Below the pieces are notes generated by a model. The model was not told the origin of the DNA, ran no database searches, and was given only the letters and a program-made list of their open reading frames with translations. A DNA stretch of 64,000 nt from an uncultured Pseudohongiella sp. (lineage in GTDB: Bacteria; Pseudomonadota; Gammaproteobacteria; Pseudomonadales; Pseudohongiellaceae), in contig CAZHUJ010000002.1 of the NCBI GenBank assembly GCA_964535565.1, forward strand, positions 99,493 to 163,492. The letters run 5' to 3'. This document shows, piece by piece, positions 1-10,403 of the stretch. The position numbers were made by a program, and so were the translations under genes. How positions within the stretch are numbered: position 1 is the stretch's first letter; each line of letters starts with the position of its first letter.

Positions 1-1688
1 TCCTGGAAGGAATTACCGGTGTCCACAAACGCTGCAATCGACCATCCGCCATAAACCCTGATGTCATATTCGACACTGCCAACCAGCAAATGTTTGCCAC
101 CCACAACTTCGCCGCTGCTGTTGGAGGCACCGAGTTCGTTATATTGATAACCTCGTACACTTTGGTCGCCACCGGTGAAAAAACGCACCGATACCGGCAA
201 TTCCAGCAGCTCGTCAGCCAGGGTGGTGGCGGCTTCTGTGCGCAGGATGATGCGACCTGGGCCCAGTCGTTGAATGAATTTTGCACTGCTGTAGAACTGG
301 GCAAAGGTCATATCCGACAACAGATTCTCGTGAGCGCCAGTGACCTGGAAAAACAGTTTCCAGCCATTAGATGGGTAAATCGGGTCATCCGCCCGTGTAC
401 GCGCCCAGTTGATGCCCGAAATCGTTGAATTGATACGTGTTGGCGCAGTCAGCTCTTCGCGGGTGACGTTGATCAGCTCAGCTTTTTCAGTCTGATAATT
501 GATAAATACGTTCTGTATCCACCTGTCGAGTACAAGAGAGCGCCAGGTCACGCCGATTCTTGCGGTATTGGAAATATAGCTGTCTGTCTCCTGGCGCAGA
601 AAACCGGTGGATATGCGCAAACTATCGTTGACCGGATCCGTCAACGGAATGACATAACTGACACTGGGTTCCTGTTGCAGCGTGGATACAGCCAGGTCCG
701 CATTGAGGCGGTGACCACTGCGATTGATATAACGATCTTCATAATTCAGACGCAGGCGCGGTCCGTTGTCGGTACTGACGCCGGCGCCAGCGGAATACGC
801 GCGTCGTGGTCGTGTTGTCAGGTCAAGGGTGACAGGCACGTGCTGGTCAACGGCCTGCGACAGCTGTGGTGTCACAGCAATCTGGTTAAAGTACTGGCTG
901 TCGCTTAAGTTCTGCCGCAGCTTGAACAAAGCTTCAGAAGAATAAGGATCACCGGGCTCAAACGTTAGAAAGCGTGATAGAAACCTGTCTGAGAGCTCAT
1001 CCATCGGGCTGATAGTGACGTCGCCGAAGCGGTAGCGCTCACCCGGATCAAAGGCCAGATTAACTGTGGCAGCACCGGCATCCATGTCGATAGCCAGCTC
1101 TGATTGCACAAAACGCGCGGAAAAAAAGCCATTTTCCACAGCCTGGCTGCTCAGTGTTGATTTCAGGTGTTCATATTGGCTGTGATCGAGGATCTGTCCT
1201 GGCATGGCCGGGATTTCCGCCAGCACTTCGTCAAACAGTGATTGTTTGGCCGGGTCTGTGATATTGATATTAATCTCGCCAAAGCGGATGGGTTCGCCAG
1301 GCGTGACATTTATCTCAAGTTCCCAGCACGCTGGCGCTGCATTTGGGTCGTCGGCAAGCACGGCTTCGGTAAAACGCACCTGCTGCGTCAGACGGTAATA
1401 ACCAATCGCTTGCGCTGCCCGCTCTACATCACGGCGCACACGCGGCAGCAAGCGATTGAGCCTGCGTAAATTGGCATTACAGCGTTCATCCGGCATACCC
1501 ACGTGAGCGCGGATATTTTCAGTCAGCGCGTCCGGCGCGCCGTTGATACTGATGCGTGGGGTGGCTGCTGGCAGGTTCTGAGCCGTGGCGGCAGGTGTTT
1601 GCGCAGAGGCTGTCTGCCACATCAACGGCATGCAGAGCAGACCACAAACCACGGCCGGCAATCCGTTTGCCAGTCTGCGTTTTGCCAT
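1..1688 (-). CDS. tamA: Translocation and assembly module outer membrane subunit TamA (Omp85 family); the C-terminal end lies beyond the left window edge
   Basis: Not in the ORF track because no stop codon falls in the window. The reverse complement from ATG (complement of 1686-1688) reads MAKRRLANGLPAVVCGLLCMPLMWQTASAQ (signal peptide). It continues open to position 1 through POTRA-like repeats and the Omp85 barrel motif RFFTGGDQSVRGY. Confidence 0.8.
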   Translation of the reverse strand, partial: MAKRRLANGLPAVVCGLLCMPLMWQTASAQTPAATAQNLPAATPRISINGAPDALTENIRAHVGMPDERCNANLRRLNRLLPRVRRDVERAAQAIGYYRLTQQVRFTEAVLADDPNAAPACWELEINVTPGEPIRFGEININITDPAKQSLFDEVLAEIPAMPGQILDHSQYEHLKSTLSSQAVENGFFSARFVQSELAIDMDAGAATVNLAFDPGERYRFGDVTISPMDELSDRFLSRFLTFEPGDPYSSEALFKLRQNLSDSQYFNQIAVTPQLSQAVDQHVPVTLDLTTRPRRAYSAGAGVSTDNGPRLRLNYEDRYINRSGHRLNADLAVSTLQQEPSVSYVIPLTDPVNDSLRISTGFLRQETDSYISNTARIGVTWRSLVLDRWIQNVFINYQTEKAELINVTREELTAPTRINSTISGINWARTRADDPIYPSNGWKLFFQVTGAHENLLSDMTFAQFYSSAKFIQRLGPGRIILRTEAATTLADELLELPVSVRFFTGGDQSVRGYQYNELGASNSSGEVVGGKHLLVGSVEYDIRVYGGWSIAAFVDTGNSFQ

Positions 1689-1853
1689 GTTTATCAAATG
1701 CTTCAATGTATATCTCTGTTGTGTCCCAGGCGCGACGCCGCCTGGTTTTACAGCTTACCTGCTGCTTCCGACTGATGCCAGTGTCGAGCCGGGTTGGCGT
1801 CGCCTTTTTGCTGGCTTGGAGTATACTCGGACAGACCATAAGGAGATCTGACG

Positions 1854-4520
1854 ATGACTCAAGCGCATTCCATACCCGATGTGAAACGAACGCTGCACTG
1901 TGATGGCCAGGATTACGAGGTGTTTAGTCTGGAGGTTTTAAAAGCGGCCGGATTTAACAGTGTTGACCAGCTACCGGTGACTCTTAAAATCCTGCTTGAG
2001 AACCTGCTGCGGCACCGTGAGCAGGGATTTGCCAGCGATCACGACATCTTTACGTTGTTGGCCTGGCCTGAAACCCGCCATTCCGATCACGAAATAGCTT
2101 TTATGCCTGCACGGGTGCTGATGCAGGATTTTACCGGGGTGCCGGCGGTTGTGGATCTGGCTGCGATGCGTGATGCCGTCAGCGCCCAAAAAGGTGACCC
2201 GGCGCGCGTCAATCCGCTGAACCCGGTTGATCTGGTTATCGACCATTCGGTGATGGTCGACAAGTTTGCAAATCCTGAAGCTTACCGCGATAACGTGCGT
2301 ATCGAGATGGAGCGTAATCGCGAGCGTTATGAGTTTTTGCGCTGGGGACAAAAAGCGTTCAACAATTTTCGTGTAGTACCTCCGGGGACGGGTATTTGCC
2401 ATCAGGTAAATCTGGAATACCTGGCGCGCTGTGTATGGTCATCCGACAGTTCAGGTGTGTTGCGGGCTTATCCGGACACGCTGGTGGGTACAGACAGCCA
2501 TACCACCATGGTTAACGGGCTGGCGGTTCTGGGTTGGGGTGTGGGTGGCATTGAAGCCGAAGCGGCCATGCTCGGTCAGCCCTTATCCATGCGTATTCCG
2601 CAAGTTGTTGGCGTGGAAATCACGGGTCGTTTAAATGAAGGGGTGACAGCGACCGATCTGGTCCTGACAGTTGCCCAGTTGCTGCGCAAACACGGTGTTG
2701 TCGGTAAATTTGTGGAGTTTTATGGAACCGGACTGGACGAACTCAGTCTGGCTGATCGCGCAACAATCGCCAATATGTCACCGGAGTACGGCGCAACATG
2801 CTGCTTTTTTGCAGCGGATCAGGAGACGCTGCGTTATATGGAGCTGACCGGCCGCGATCAGACCACCATCAATCTGACAGAGCAATACAGCCGTCTGCAG
2901 GGACTGTGGCGTGATAAAACTTCAGGCAAAAACCAGGCGGTGTTCAGCAGCCAGGTGCAGCTGGATCTGGCTACTGTGGAACCCAGCCTGGCCGGGCCAG
3001 GTCGCCCGCAAGATCGAGTGCCGTTGGCACTGCTTGGCGAAGAGAGTCGAAAACATTTTCCAGGCCACCATAAAACCATTGTTCCGGTAAAGGGCCGCGA
3101 CTGGTCGTTGTGCGACGGGGCGGTTGTTATTGCGGCGATCACCTCCTGTACCAACACTTCCAACCCGGCGGTGATGATGGCGGCCGGGTTGCTGGCGCAA
3201 AAAGCTGTTGCCCGTGGTATGAAGGTCAAGCCCTGGGTTAAAACCTCATTGGCGCCTGGTTCCAAGGTGGTCACCCACTATCTGGAGAAAGCCGGGTTGC
3301 AGCCTGCACTCAATGAACTGGGGTTTAATCTGGTGGGTTACGGCTGTACCACCTGTATTGGCAACTCAGGACCACTGGCGGCTGAAATTGAAGACGCTAT
3401 TGATACTGGCAAACTGACAGTAAGTTCTGTGTTATCCGGCAACCGCAACTTTGAAGGCCGTATTCATCCGCGCGTGCGCGCCAACTGGCTGGCCTCTCCG
3501 CCGCTGGTTGTGGCCTTTGCGCTGGCAGGTACAACCGATATCAATTTGCATGCAGAAGCAGTAGGAATGGATGCTCAGGGCCATCCCGTGATGCTGTCGG
3601 AGTTGTGGCCGTCCTCGGAAGAAATTCGCAGCGCCATGGCTCTGGTGAGCCGCGACATGTTTGTGGCTGATTACGCAAACGTATTTAATGGCAATGAAGA
3701 CTGGAACAACATGCCAGTGGCCGCTGGTGACACCTACAATTGGGACCCGGCGTCGACCTATATCCAGAATCCACCGTTTTTCGCCGCCGAAATGGCGCCG
3801 GTTTCCGGCGATATTTATGGTGCCCGTGTGCTGGCGCTGCTCGGTGATTCAGTGACTACGGACCATATTTCTCCGGCGGGTGCTATTGGTGTCAGTACAC
3901 CTGCGGGTCAGTATCTGATTGCCAATGGTGTTGCGGCCGAGGACTTCAACTCCTACGGGTCGCGGCGCGGTAATCACGAAGTCATGATGCGGGGCACCTT
4001 TGCCAACGTGCGCATCCGTAATGAGATGCTGGACGGTATGGAAGGGGGGTACACACGCTTGTGGATCAGCAACAACAACGCCCCGGTCAGCATTTATGAT
4101 GCCGCCATGGCATACCAACGTGCGCGTATGCCTTTGGTCGTTATTGCCGGTCAGGAATATGGCACCGGTTCCAGCCGTGACTGGGCTGCAAAAGGTACAC
4201 GTTTGCTGGGAATCCAGGCTGTGATTGCAGAGAGTTTCGAGCGCATCCACCGCTCCAATCTGGCCGGCATGGGTGTGCTGCCGCTGCAGTTTCCAGCAGG
4301 AGTCAACCGCAAGAGCCTGGGGCTGACCGGCAAGGAAGTCATACACATCACTGGGCTGGAAACCATCCGTGCCGGCATGACTGTAACCATGCTGATTGAT
4401 GGTGAAGATGGTACCCGTCGTCAGGTCGCGCTGTTGTGTCGCCTGGATACTGCAGATGAAGTGGCTTATTACCAGGCGGGCGGCATCATGCCCTATGTTG
4501 TCAACAAACTGATGGGTTGA
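1854..4520 (+). CDS. acnA: Aconitate hydratase A (888 aa)
   Basis: Length and N-terminus (LPVTLKILLENLLRH) match AcnA-type aconitases. Cys-containing cluster motifs are present (ITSCTNTSNP, GCTTCIGNSG). AAGGAG RBS lies upstream of the ATG. Confidence 0.9.
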   Translation: MTQAHSIPDVKRTLHCDGQDYEVFSLEVLKAAGFNSVDQLPVTLKILLENLLRHREQGFASDHDIFTLLAWPETRHSDHEIAFMPARVLMQDFTGVPAVVDLAAMRDAVSAQKGDPARVNPLNPVDLVIDHSVMVDKFANPEAYRDNVRIEMERNRERYEFLRWGQKAFNNFRVVPPGTGICHQVNLEYLARCVWSSDSSGVLRAYPDTLVGTDSHTTMVNGLAVLGWGVGGIEAEAAMLGQPLSMRIPQVVGVEITGRLNEGVTATDLVLTVAQLLRKHGVVGKFVEFYGTGLDELSLADRATIANMSPEYGATCCFFAADQETLRYMELTGRDQTTINLTEQYSRLQGLWRDKTSGKNQAVFSSQVQLDLATVEPSLAGPGRPQDRVPLALLGEESRKHFPGHHKTIVPVKGRDWSLCDGAVVIAAITSCTNTSNPAVMMAAGLLAQKAVARGMKVKPWVKTSLAPGSKVVTHYLEKAGLQPALNELGFNLVGYGCTTCIGNSGPLAAEIEDAIDTGKLTVSSVLSGNRNFEGRIHPRVRANWLASPPLVVAFALAGTTDINLHAEAVGMDAQGHPVMLSELWPSSEEIRSAMALVSRDMFVADYANVFNGNEDWNNMPVAAGDTYNWDPASTYIQNPPFFAAEMAPVSGDIYGARVLALLGDSVTTDHISPAGAIGVSTPAGQYLIANGVAAEDFNSYGSRRGNHEVMMRGTFANVRIRNEMLDGMEGGYTRLWISNNNAPVSIYDAAMAYQRARMPLVVIAGQEYGTGSSRDWAAKGTRLLGIQAVIAESFERIHRSNLAGMGVLPLQFPAGVNRKSLGLTGKEVIHITGLETIRAGMTVTMLIDGEDGTRRQVALLCRLDTADEVAYYQAGGIMPYVVNKLMG

Positions 4521-5923
4521 GCATGGACCAAAAATATCGCACAGAACATGACAGTCTGGGGGAAGTCAAAGTACCCGAAGATGTGCTGTGGGGCGCGCAA
4601 ACCCAGCGCTCCCTGCATTTTTTTGCGATTGGACAGCAACGTTTCCCGGGTTCGTTTATTCATACGTTTGCGCTGGTCAAAAAAGCAGCGGCCATGGCCA
4701 ATCACGACCTTGGCAAACTTGCCGCAGATAAACAGCGCTTGATCGTTGCCGCTTGTGATGAAATTATACAAGGGCGCCATGACGCACAGTTTCCCTTGAG
4801 TGTCTGGCAGACCGGCAGCGGTACACAAACCAATATGAATCTGAACGAGGTCATTGCCAATCGCGGCAACGAACTTGCAGGCTTTGTGCGCGGCGCCTGG
4901 CAGCCGCTGCATCCAAATGACCACGTTAATATGTCGCAGTCGTCAAACGACGTATTTCCCACGGTCATGCATGTGGAAACCGCGCGGCAGATGCCAACGT
5001 TGTTATCTGCGCTGAATGAACTGCGGCAGACACTGACGCAAAAACAACAGGAATTTTCCTCTTTGTTAAAAAGCGGGCGCACCCACATGATGGATGCAAC
5101 GCCAATAACATTGGGGCAGGAATTTTCAGCGTTTGTGGCGCAACTGGATTATGCCGCACAGCAACTGCAAGCCGTGTTGCCGGCAGTGCATCAGCTGGCA
5201 ATTGGTGGAACCGCCGTTGGCACCGGAATGAATACACATCCGCGCTGGGCGCAAACGGTTTGTACCCGCATCAGTGAACTCAGCGGACTGACATTTACGC
5301 CGGCTGATAACCGCTTTATGGCACTGTCTGCGCACGAGGCGCTGGTGGATCTGCACGGACGTCTGTCGCTACTGGCAACGTCGTTGTTCAAAATTGCCAA
5401 TGACATTCGCCTGATGAACAGTGGTCCCCGTTGTGGTCTTGCCGAGCTGCGGGTGCCTGCCAATGAGCCGGGCAGTTCCATCATGCCGGGCAAGGTCAAC
5501 CCGACGCAGACTGAAGCCATGACCATGGTCTGCACGCGGGTACTGGGAAATCAGACCACGGTCTCCATGGCCGGCAGTCAGGGGCATTTTCAGCTTAATG
5601 TGTATAAACCGGTGATCATTTATTGTGTGCTGGAATCCATCAGCTTGCTGCGCGATGCAATGACAGCGTTCAGCCGTTACTGCATCGCAGGACTGCAGGC
5701 CAACACGGCCCAGCTGGAGGCAAACGTCAACCGTTCATTGATGCTGGTCACTGCCCTCAGTCCGGTGATCGGTTATGAAAAAGCGGCGCAGGCGGCCCTT
5801 TATGCGGACAATAACCAGCTCAGCCTGCGCGAAGCCGTTATTCATCTTGAATTAATGTCGGCGCAGGACTTTGACAAGGCAGTTAACCCGGCGGATATGA
5901 TAAAACCGCAAGCAACCGAGTAA
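4517..5923 (+). CDS. fumC: Class II fumarate hydratase
   Basis: Carries the signature GSSIMPGKVNPTQTEAMTMV and the N-terminus TEHDSLGEVKVPEDVLWGAQTQRS. The start overlaps the acnA stop (ATGA, 4517-4520). Confidence 0.9.
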   Translation: MSMDQKYRTEHDSLGEVKVPEDVLWGAQTQRSLHFFAIGQQRFPGSFIHTFALVKKAAAMANHDLGKLAADKQRLIVAACDEIIQGRHDAQFPLSVWQTGSGTQTNMNLNEVIANRGNELAGFVRGAWQPLHPNDHVNMSQSSNDVFPTVMHVETARQMPTLLSALNELRQTLTQKQQEFSSLLKSGRTHMMDATPITLGQEFSAFVAQLDYAAQQLQAVLPAVHQLAIGGTAVGTGMNTHPRWAQTVCTRISELSGLTFTPADNRFMALSAHEALVDLHGRLSLLATSLFKIANDIRLMNSGPRCGLAELRVPANEPGSSIMPGKVNPTQTEAMTMVCTRVLGNQTTVSMAGSQGHFQLNVYKPVIIYCVLESISLLRDAMTAFSRYCIAGLQANTAQLEANVNRSLMLVTALSPVIGYEKAAQAALYADNNQLSLREAVIHLELMSAQDFDKAVNPADMIKPQATE

Positions 5924-5948
5924 ACCATACAAAATCAGGAGCCCAGGC

Positions 5949-7343
5949 ATGACGCTGTTGCCAGAGACATCCACTTTGCAAAGTATTAATCCGTTTAGCG
6001 GTGAGACCCTGGCCTCCTATCCGCTGTTTGATATGGTGCAACTGGATTTTGTGTTGTCACAAACCAGCGCTGCGCAGCGGCAATGGCAATCAGGTTCCGT
6101 GTCTGAACGAACTGCACTGTTGCAGGCGCTGGCCAGGGTTCTACGCCAACGGCGCGAAGAACTGGCCACACTGGCCACCAGCGAAATGGGCAAAACCCTG
6201 GTCAGTGCACGCGCTGAAATTGATAAATGCGCAGATGCCTGTGAGTTTTATGCCGAGCAGGGCCCGTGCATGATTTCAGACGAAACCTTGTCTCTGGATA
6301 ACGGACGTCAGGCCGTGGTCAGTTATCAGCCCTTGGGAATTGTGTTGGCAATCATGCCGTGGAATTTCCCGTTCTGGCAGGTGTTTCGTTGTATTGCCCC
6401 TGCGTTTATGGCGGGCAATGCCGTGATACTTAAACACGCCTCCAACGTCCCGGGTTGTGCACTGGCGATAGAATCCGTCTGTCGCGAGGCCGGTGTGCCG
6501 GAGCATCTGATGCGGACATTGCTGGTGCCAGGCAACAAAGCGCAGGCGCTGATAGCACATCCCCTGGTCGCCGCTGTCAGTTTCACCGGCAGCACCGACG
6601 CCGGTCGTAAAATCGCAGCAGTGGCCGGGCAGTATCTGAAAAAATGTGTGCTGGAACTCGGTGGCAGTGATGCCTACCTGGTGCTGGATGATGCCGACCT
6701 TGATCTGGCGGTTGATAAATGTGTGACCAGCCGCCTGTTGAATAATGGTCAGAGTTGTATCGCCGCTAAACGCTTCCTGATCGACAACAGCCTGTACGGC
6801 GAGTTTGCGCGCAAATATGCTGCTGCTTTCAGCCAGATGATCAGTGGTGATCCGATGTTGGTGGAAACCGATATTGGTCCATTGGCAAGACCGGATCTGG
6901 CCCAGGATCTGGCCGCCCAGGTTGCAGAAAGTGTGCGCCTGGGGGCGGTCCTGGTCGCGGGAGGGTTGCGTGTCAGTGATGATGAACAAAACTCATTTTA
7001 TCCACCGACTGTACTGGGCGAAGTCAGACCCGGAATGCCGGCGTTTGACGATGAGCTGTTTGGGCCGGTGGCAGCGCTGGTGCGAGTGCGCAGCGAAGAG
7101 GAAGCTATCGAGCTGGCTAACCAGTCACGTTTTGGCCTCGGTGCCGGTGTATTCACAAAAGATCCAGAGCGTGCTCGCCGGGTCGCGGCACGCCTGCAGG
7201 CTGGCAATTGCGCAATCAATGATTTTGTGCGCTCTGACCCGCGTCTGCCTTTTGGGGGCGTCAAGGAATCGGGCTACGGCCGTGAGTTGAGTCATCTTGG
7301 ACTGCGCGAATTTACCAATATCCAGTCGGTGCTGATCGGATGA
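5949..7343 (+). CDS. NAD(P)-dependent succinate-semialdehyde dehydrogenase-like aldehyde dehydrogenase (Sad/YneI type)
   Basis: Aldehyde dehydrogenase motifs are present: IMPWNFPFWQV, KKCVLELGGSD and a catalytic Cys context NNGQSCIAAKRF. The 464 aa length fits E. coli YneI. Confidence 0.8.
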   Translation: MTLLPETSTLQSINPFSGETLASYPLFDMVQLDFVLSQTSAAQRQWQSGSVSERTALLQALARVLRQRREELATLATSEMGKTLVSARAEIDKCADACEFYAEQGPCMISDETLSLDNGRQAVVSYQPLGIVLAIMPWNFPFWQVFRCIAPAFMAGNAVILKHASNVPGCALAIESVCREAGVPEHLMRTLLVPGNKAQALIAHPLVAAVSFTGSTDAGRKIAAVAGQYLKKCVLELGGSDAYLVLDDADLDLAVDKCVTSRLLNNGQSCIAAKRFLIDNSLYGEFARKYAAAFSQMISGDPMLVETDIGPLARPDLAQDLAAQVAESVRLGAVLVAGGLRVSDDEQNSFYPPTVLGEVRPGMPAFDDELFGPVAALVRVRSEEEAIELANQSRFGLGAGVFTKDPERARRVAARLQAGNCAINDFVRSDPRLPFGGVKESGYGRELSHLGLREFTNIQSVLIG

Positions 7344-8677
7344 CACTTGCTGAATACCAGCAGCAGGTAAAAACGCTGTCGGACCGTCTGATCGAGCTGC
7401 AACGTCCTATCCGCATTCTGGATGCAATCAAATGGCCAGCAACCGCCAAGGCAGATTTTTTTGCCAGTGGTTGTTCAGCATTGCCCGATGTCCACCGCGA
7501 CTGGTACAACAGCATCAATCTGGGTTTCCAGCCTGATATTTTGCGTGACCGCTTTGTTGAACTGCGCGCGCAGGTAATCCGGTTATTGGGTCATAGCGAC
7601 GGGTTGGGTCGCATTTTATGTGCAACCATTGACCAGTATCTGCTGGTAATAGAATTACTGCGCAGCCGTGGTACTGCGGATTTTGGACACCATAGCCGTG
7701 CTTTGTATGGTTCAGCCCGCGACCATTTGCGCGGAGATCGCAAAAGCCTGCGGCAACTTGGCGAAAGTTTGTGCGGAATTTTTTCGCTACCAGCTGCTGA
7801 ACATCTGAGTCGACCCTACGAGCGACATATCCCGGCGGCTACCGCAGTCAGCATTTTGCAAAGCCGCCTGGGCAATTATTTTCAGCCGGGTGATATCCGG
7901 GTTATTCTGAGTGACGGCATTGTCTCCGATGCGGCAGCGGGGGGTGACTACATCAAGATCAATCAGGATGTGGAGTTCACCGATATTGATCTGCAGGTGT
8001 TGGAGGTTCACGAAGGCTGGGTGCATGTTGGCACCACGTTGAATGGCCGGCGTCAGCCCTGGGCGAGTTGGCTCAGCGTGGGTTCGCCGCGTGTCACAGC
8101 TTGTCAGGAAGGTCTGGCAGTGTTGATGGAAACGCTGACCTTCAGCTCCTATCCGCAACGGGCTTTAAAAGTCAGTGACCGCGTGGTAGCTGTAGACATG
8201 GCTGAGCAGGGCGCTGATTTTGTAGAGGTTTTCCGCTTTTTTGAAAATCGCGGCATGCGCCATGAAGAAGCCTGGAAAATTACCCAACGGGTATTTCGCG
8301 GCGGCATGGTGCGTGGTGGGTCGGTGTTTACCAAAGATCTGTCGTATTTGCGTGGGTTTGTGGAGAACGTCAATTTTATACGCAGCGCCATCCACTCCGG
8401 GGTCCCTGAGATACTGCCCATGCTCTTTGTGGGCAAGGTCACGCTCGATGATATCCCTATTTTGTACCAGCATTACCTTGAAGGGACCATAGCTGGCCCC
8501 CATTATATGCCTGAGATGTTCAGAGACTTGAATGGGCTTTATGTGTGGTTTGGATTTGCAAGCGGCATTTCTGTGATTAATATGGCGCGGGTGCAAAAGC
8601 ACTTCCACAGGTTATTCAGTGGAATGCCCAAGATTGCTCCGCTTTACAACAAAGTGATTGATTCAGCAGTAGATTGA
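7340..8677 (+). CDS. DUF1704 / QEGLA-motif protein (MATCAP-like putative metallocarboxypeptidase)
   Basis: Literal QEGLA motif (Q256-A260, nt 8105-8119) and an HEGWVH (H-E-x-x-x-H) motif at nt 8009-8026. The start overlaps the upstream stop (ATGA at 7340-7343). Confidence 0.75.
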   Translation: MTLAEYQQQVKTLSDRLIELQRPIRILDAIKWPATAKADFFASGCSALPDVHRDWYNSINLGFQPDILRDRFVELRAQVIRLLGHSDGLGRILCATIDQYLLVIELLRSRGTADFGHHSRALYGSARDHLRGDRKSLRQLGESLCGIFSLPAAEHLSRPYERHIPAATAVSILQSRLGNYFQPGDIRVILSDGIVSDAAAGGDYIKINQDVEFTDIDLQVLEVHEGWVHVGTTLNGRRQPWASWLSVGSPRVTACQEGLAVLMETLTFSSYPQRALKVSDRVVAVDMAEQGADFVEVFRFFENRGMRHEEAWKITQRVFRGGMVRGGSVFTKDLSYLRGFVENVNFIRSAIHSGVPEILPMLFVGKVTLDDIPILYQHYLEGTIAGPHYMPEMFRDLNGLYVWFGFASGISVINMARVQKHFHRLFSGMPKIAPLYNKVIDSAVD

Positions 8678-8689
8678 GGAAACGCAAGC

Positions 8690-9559
8690 ATGAAACGAAT
8701 CGCCCTGTTTTTATTAACCAACTTAGCCATTCTATTGGTGCTCAGCGTTGTGTTGAGGCTGTTGGGCGTAGATCGAATACTGGACGAAAGTGGCAGTGGG
8801 CTCAACTACAATTCTCTGCTGGTGTTCTCGGCGGTAATTGGTTTTGGCGGCTCGTTTATGTCGCTGTTGATGTCCAAATGGATGGCTAAACAGTCGACAG
8901 GCGCTCAGGTGATTACTCAGCCTCGCAACGCGACTGAGCAATGGCTGCTGAGCACCGTGGCAGCACAAGCCAAACAGGCCGGTATCGCGATGCCTGAAGT
9001 GGCAATTTTTAATTCCCCTGAAGTGAATGCGTTTGCGACCGGGGCCAGCAAGAACAGCTCATTGGTCGCGGTGAGTACGGGTTTGCTGAATACCATGACC
9101 AAACAGGAAGCGGAAGCCGTTCTGGCGCACGAAGTGAGCCACGTCGCGAACGGTGACATGGTGACACTGACGCTGATTCAGGGCGTGGTGAACACCTTTG
9201 TGATTTTCCTGTCGCGTATTGTGGGACATGTGGTTGATCGCGCGGTGTTCAAAACTGAAAGTGGTCACGGACCTGCGTTTTTTATCACCTCGATTGTGGC
9301 GCAGTTGGTGCTGGGCATTCTTGCCTCTGTCATTGTTATGTGGTTCAGCCGTCAGCGTGAGTTTCGTGCGGACGCCGGTGGTGCCAAGCTGGCAGGCCGT
9401 GAAAACATGATTGCGGCACTGGAGCGTCTGCGTGCCGGTCAGCCTTCACACTTGCCAGATGAGCTGGTGGCGTTTGGTATTAATAATGAGGCGGCAAAAC
9501 TGTTCAGCTCACACCCGCCGCTGACTGAGCGTATTGAGCGTCTGCGCAATACACGTTGA
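8690..9559 (+). CDS. htpX: Membrane zinc metalloprotease HtpX
   Basis: [11 protein letters not shown] (HEXXH), four predicted TM segments and a 289 aa length typical of HtpX. Confidence 0.9.
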   Translation: MKRIALFLLTNLAILLVLSVVLRLLGVDRILDESGSGLNYNSLLVFSAVIGFGGSFMSLLMSKWMAKQSTGAQVITQPRNATEQWLLSTVAAQAKQAGIAMPEVAIFNSPEVNAFATGASKNSSLVAVSTGLLNTMTKQEAEAVLAHEVSHVANGDMVTLTLIQGVVNTFVIFLSRIVGHVVDRAVFKTESGHGPAFFITSIVAQLVLGILASVIVMWFSRQREFRADAGGAKLAGRENMIAALERLRAGQPSHLPDELVAFGINNEAAKLFSSHPPLTERIERLRNTR

Positions 9560-9583
9560 TTGTTGTTTTTGTGCAAAACAATT

Positions 9584-9615
9584 AAAAAGGGCAGCCCGGT
9601 GGCTGCCCTTTTTTT
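9584..9615. terminator. Bidirectional rho-independent terminator between the convergent htpX and outer membrane protein genes
   Basis: AAAAAGGGCAGCC-cggt-GGCTGCCCTTTTTTT: a GC-rich stem with an A-tract upstream and a T-tract downstream. Confidence 0.8.
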
Positions 9616-9634
9616 CAGCTGATTTCTGCGTCTA

Positions 9635-10240
9635 TTAGAAGTTAAACCGAACACCCGCCACGAGGCCGTCAGCCGCGTCGCCTTGGTCACCGTCAAAATA
9701 ACCGGCGGAGAGTGAGAATGCAGGGGTGACATAAAAACGCAGATTGGCGCGATAACCAAAGTCTTCGTCAAAATCATCACCGTTGATGTACTTAACAATA
9801 CCTTCGAGTTCAAAACTTGGGGTTAGCAGAGTACGGATGCCGGCATCAACGCCAAAACCGTCAGCTTCGAAGGAGCGTCCACCCACTTTGAGGTCACTCT
9901 GGACGTATTTCACTGCGGTTACAAAATCAGCGCGGTCAGTCAATGGTGTGTGGAAACCGATACCGGCGGTATAGTTTCTGAGTTCTGGTTTACCAAACAG
10001 TTGCTGAAATGGACGATTGTCCTTGTTTTCAGCTTTGGATCCTGTGGCCGTGAAAAAGAATGAGTCGGAAATGGCGAGGCTCAGTTCTGCGCCATATCCG
10101 TCAAAGTCCTCACCGAGCAGGTCTCCTTCAAAATACTCTGCGCCGATGTAATTGTAAGACAGTTGGTTTTGCTGGGCGTACAAGGCGCTGGAACCGAGAA
10201 GTGCCGCTGCGCTGAGAGCCAATAGTGCTTTGTATTTCAT
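9635..10240 (-). CDS. Small outer membrane beta-barrel protein (OmpW/OmpA-barrel-like, 201 aa)
   Basis: Signal peptide MKYKALLALSAAALLGSSALYA-QQ, alternating amphipathic beta-strand pattern and a C-terminal aromatic residue (GVRFNF). Confidence 0.7.
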   Translation of the reverse strand: MKYKALLALSAAALLGSSALYAQQNQLSYNYIGAEYFEGDLLGEDFDGYGAELSLAISDSFFFTATGSKAENKDNRPFQQLFGKPELRNYTAGIGFHTPLTDRADFVTAVKYVQSDLKVGGRSFEADGFGVDAGIRTLLTPSFELEGIVKYINGDDFDEDFGYRANLRFYVTPAFSLSAGYFDGDQGDAADGLVAGVRFNF

Positions 10241-10369
10241 TTTACTCCCCTCCAGTAGGTTTGGGACTTACAAAGCTGATAACGAGCCGCAGAATGCTTT
10301 ATTCCGCTGACTTAAAAAGGGAGAACCAACACGTATTGGAGGGAGTAAAAGAAGTTGTTACAGGCAATT

Positions 10370-10394
10370 TGCGCCGGGCAGAACACCCGGCGCA
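10370..10394 (-). terminator. Hairpin immediately 3' of the small acidic protein gene (possible terminator, no clear U-tract)
   Basis: TGCGCCGGG-cagaaca-CCCGGCGCA, a perfect 9 bp stem 10 nt beyond the stop at 10404. Confidence 0.4.
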
Positions 10395-10403
10395 GATCCG
10401 CAG

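Noticed and set aside
6276-6989. 237 aa minus-strand ORF
   Set aside because: Antisense to the aldehyde dehydrogenase gene, which carries canonical ALDH motifs.
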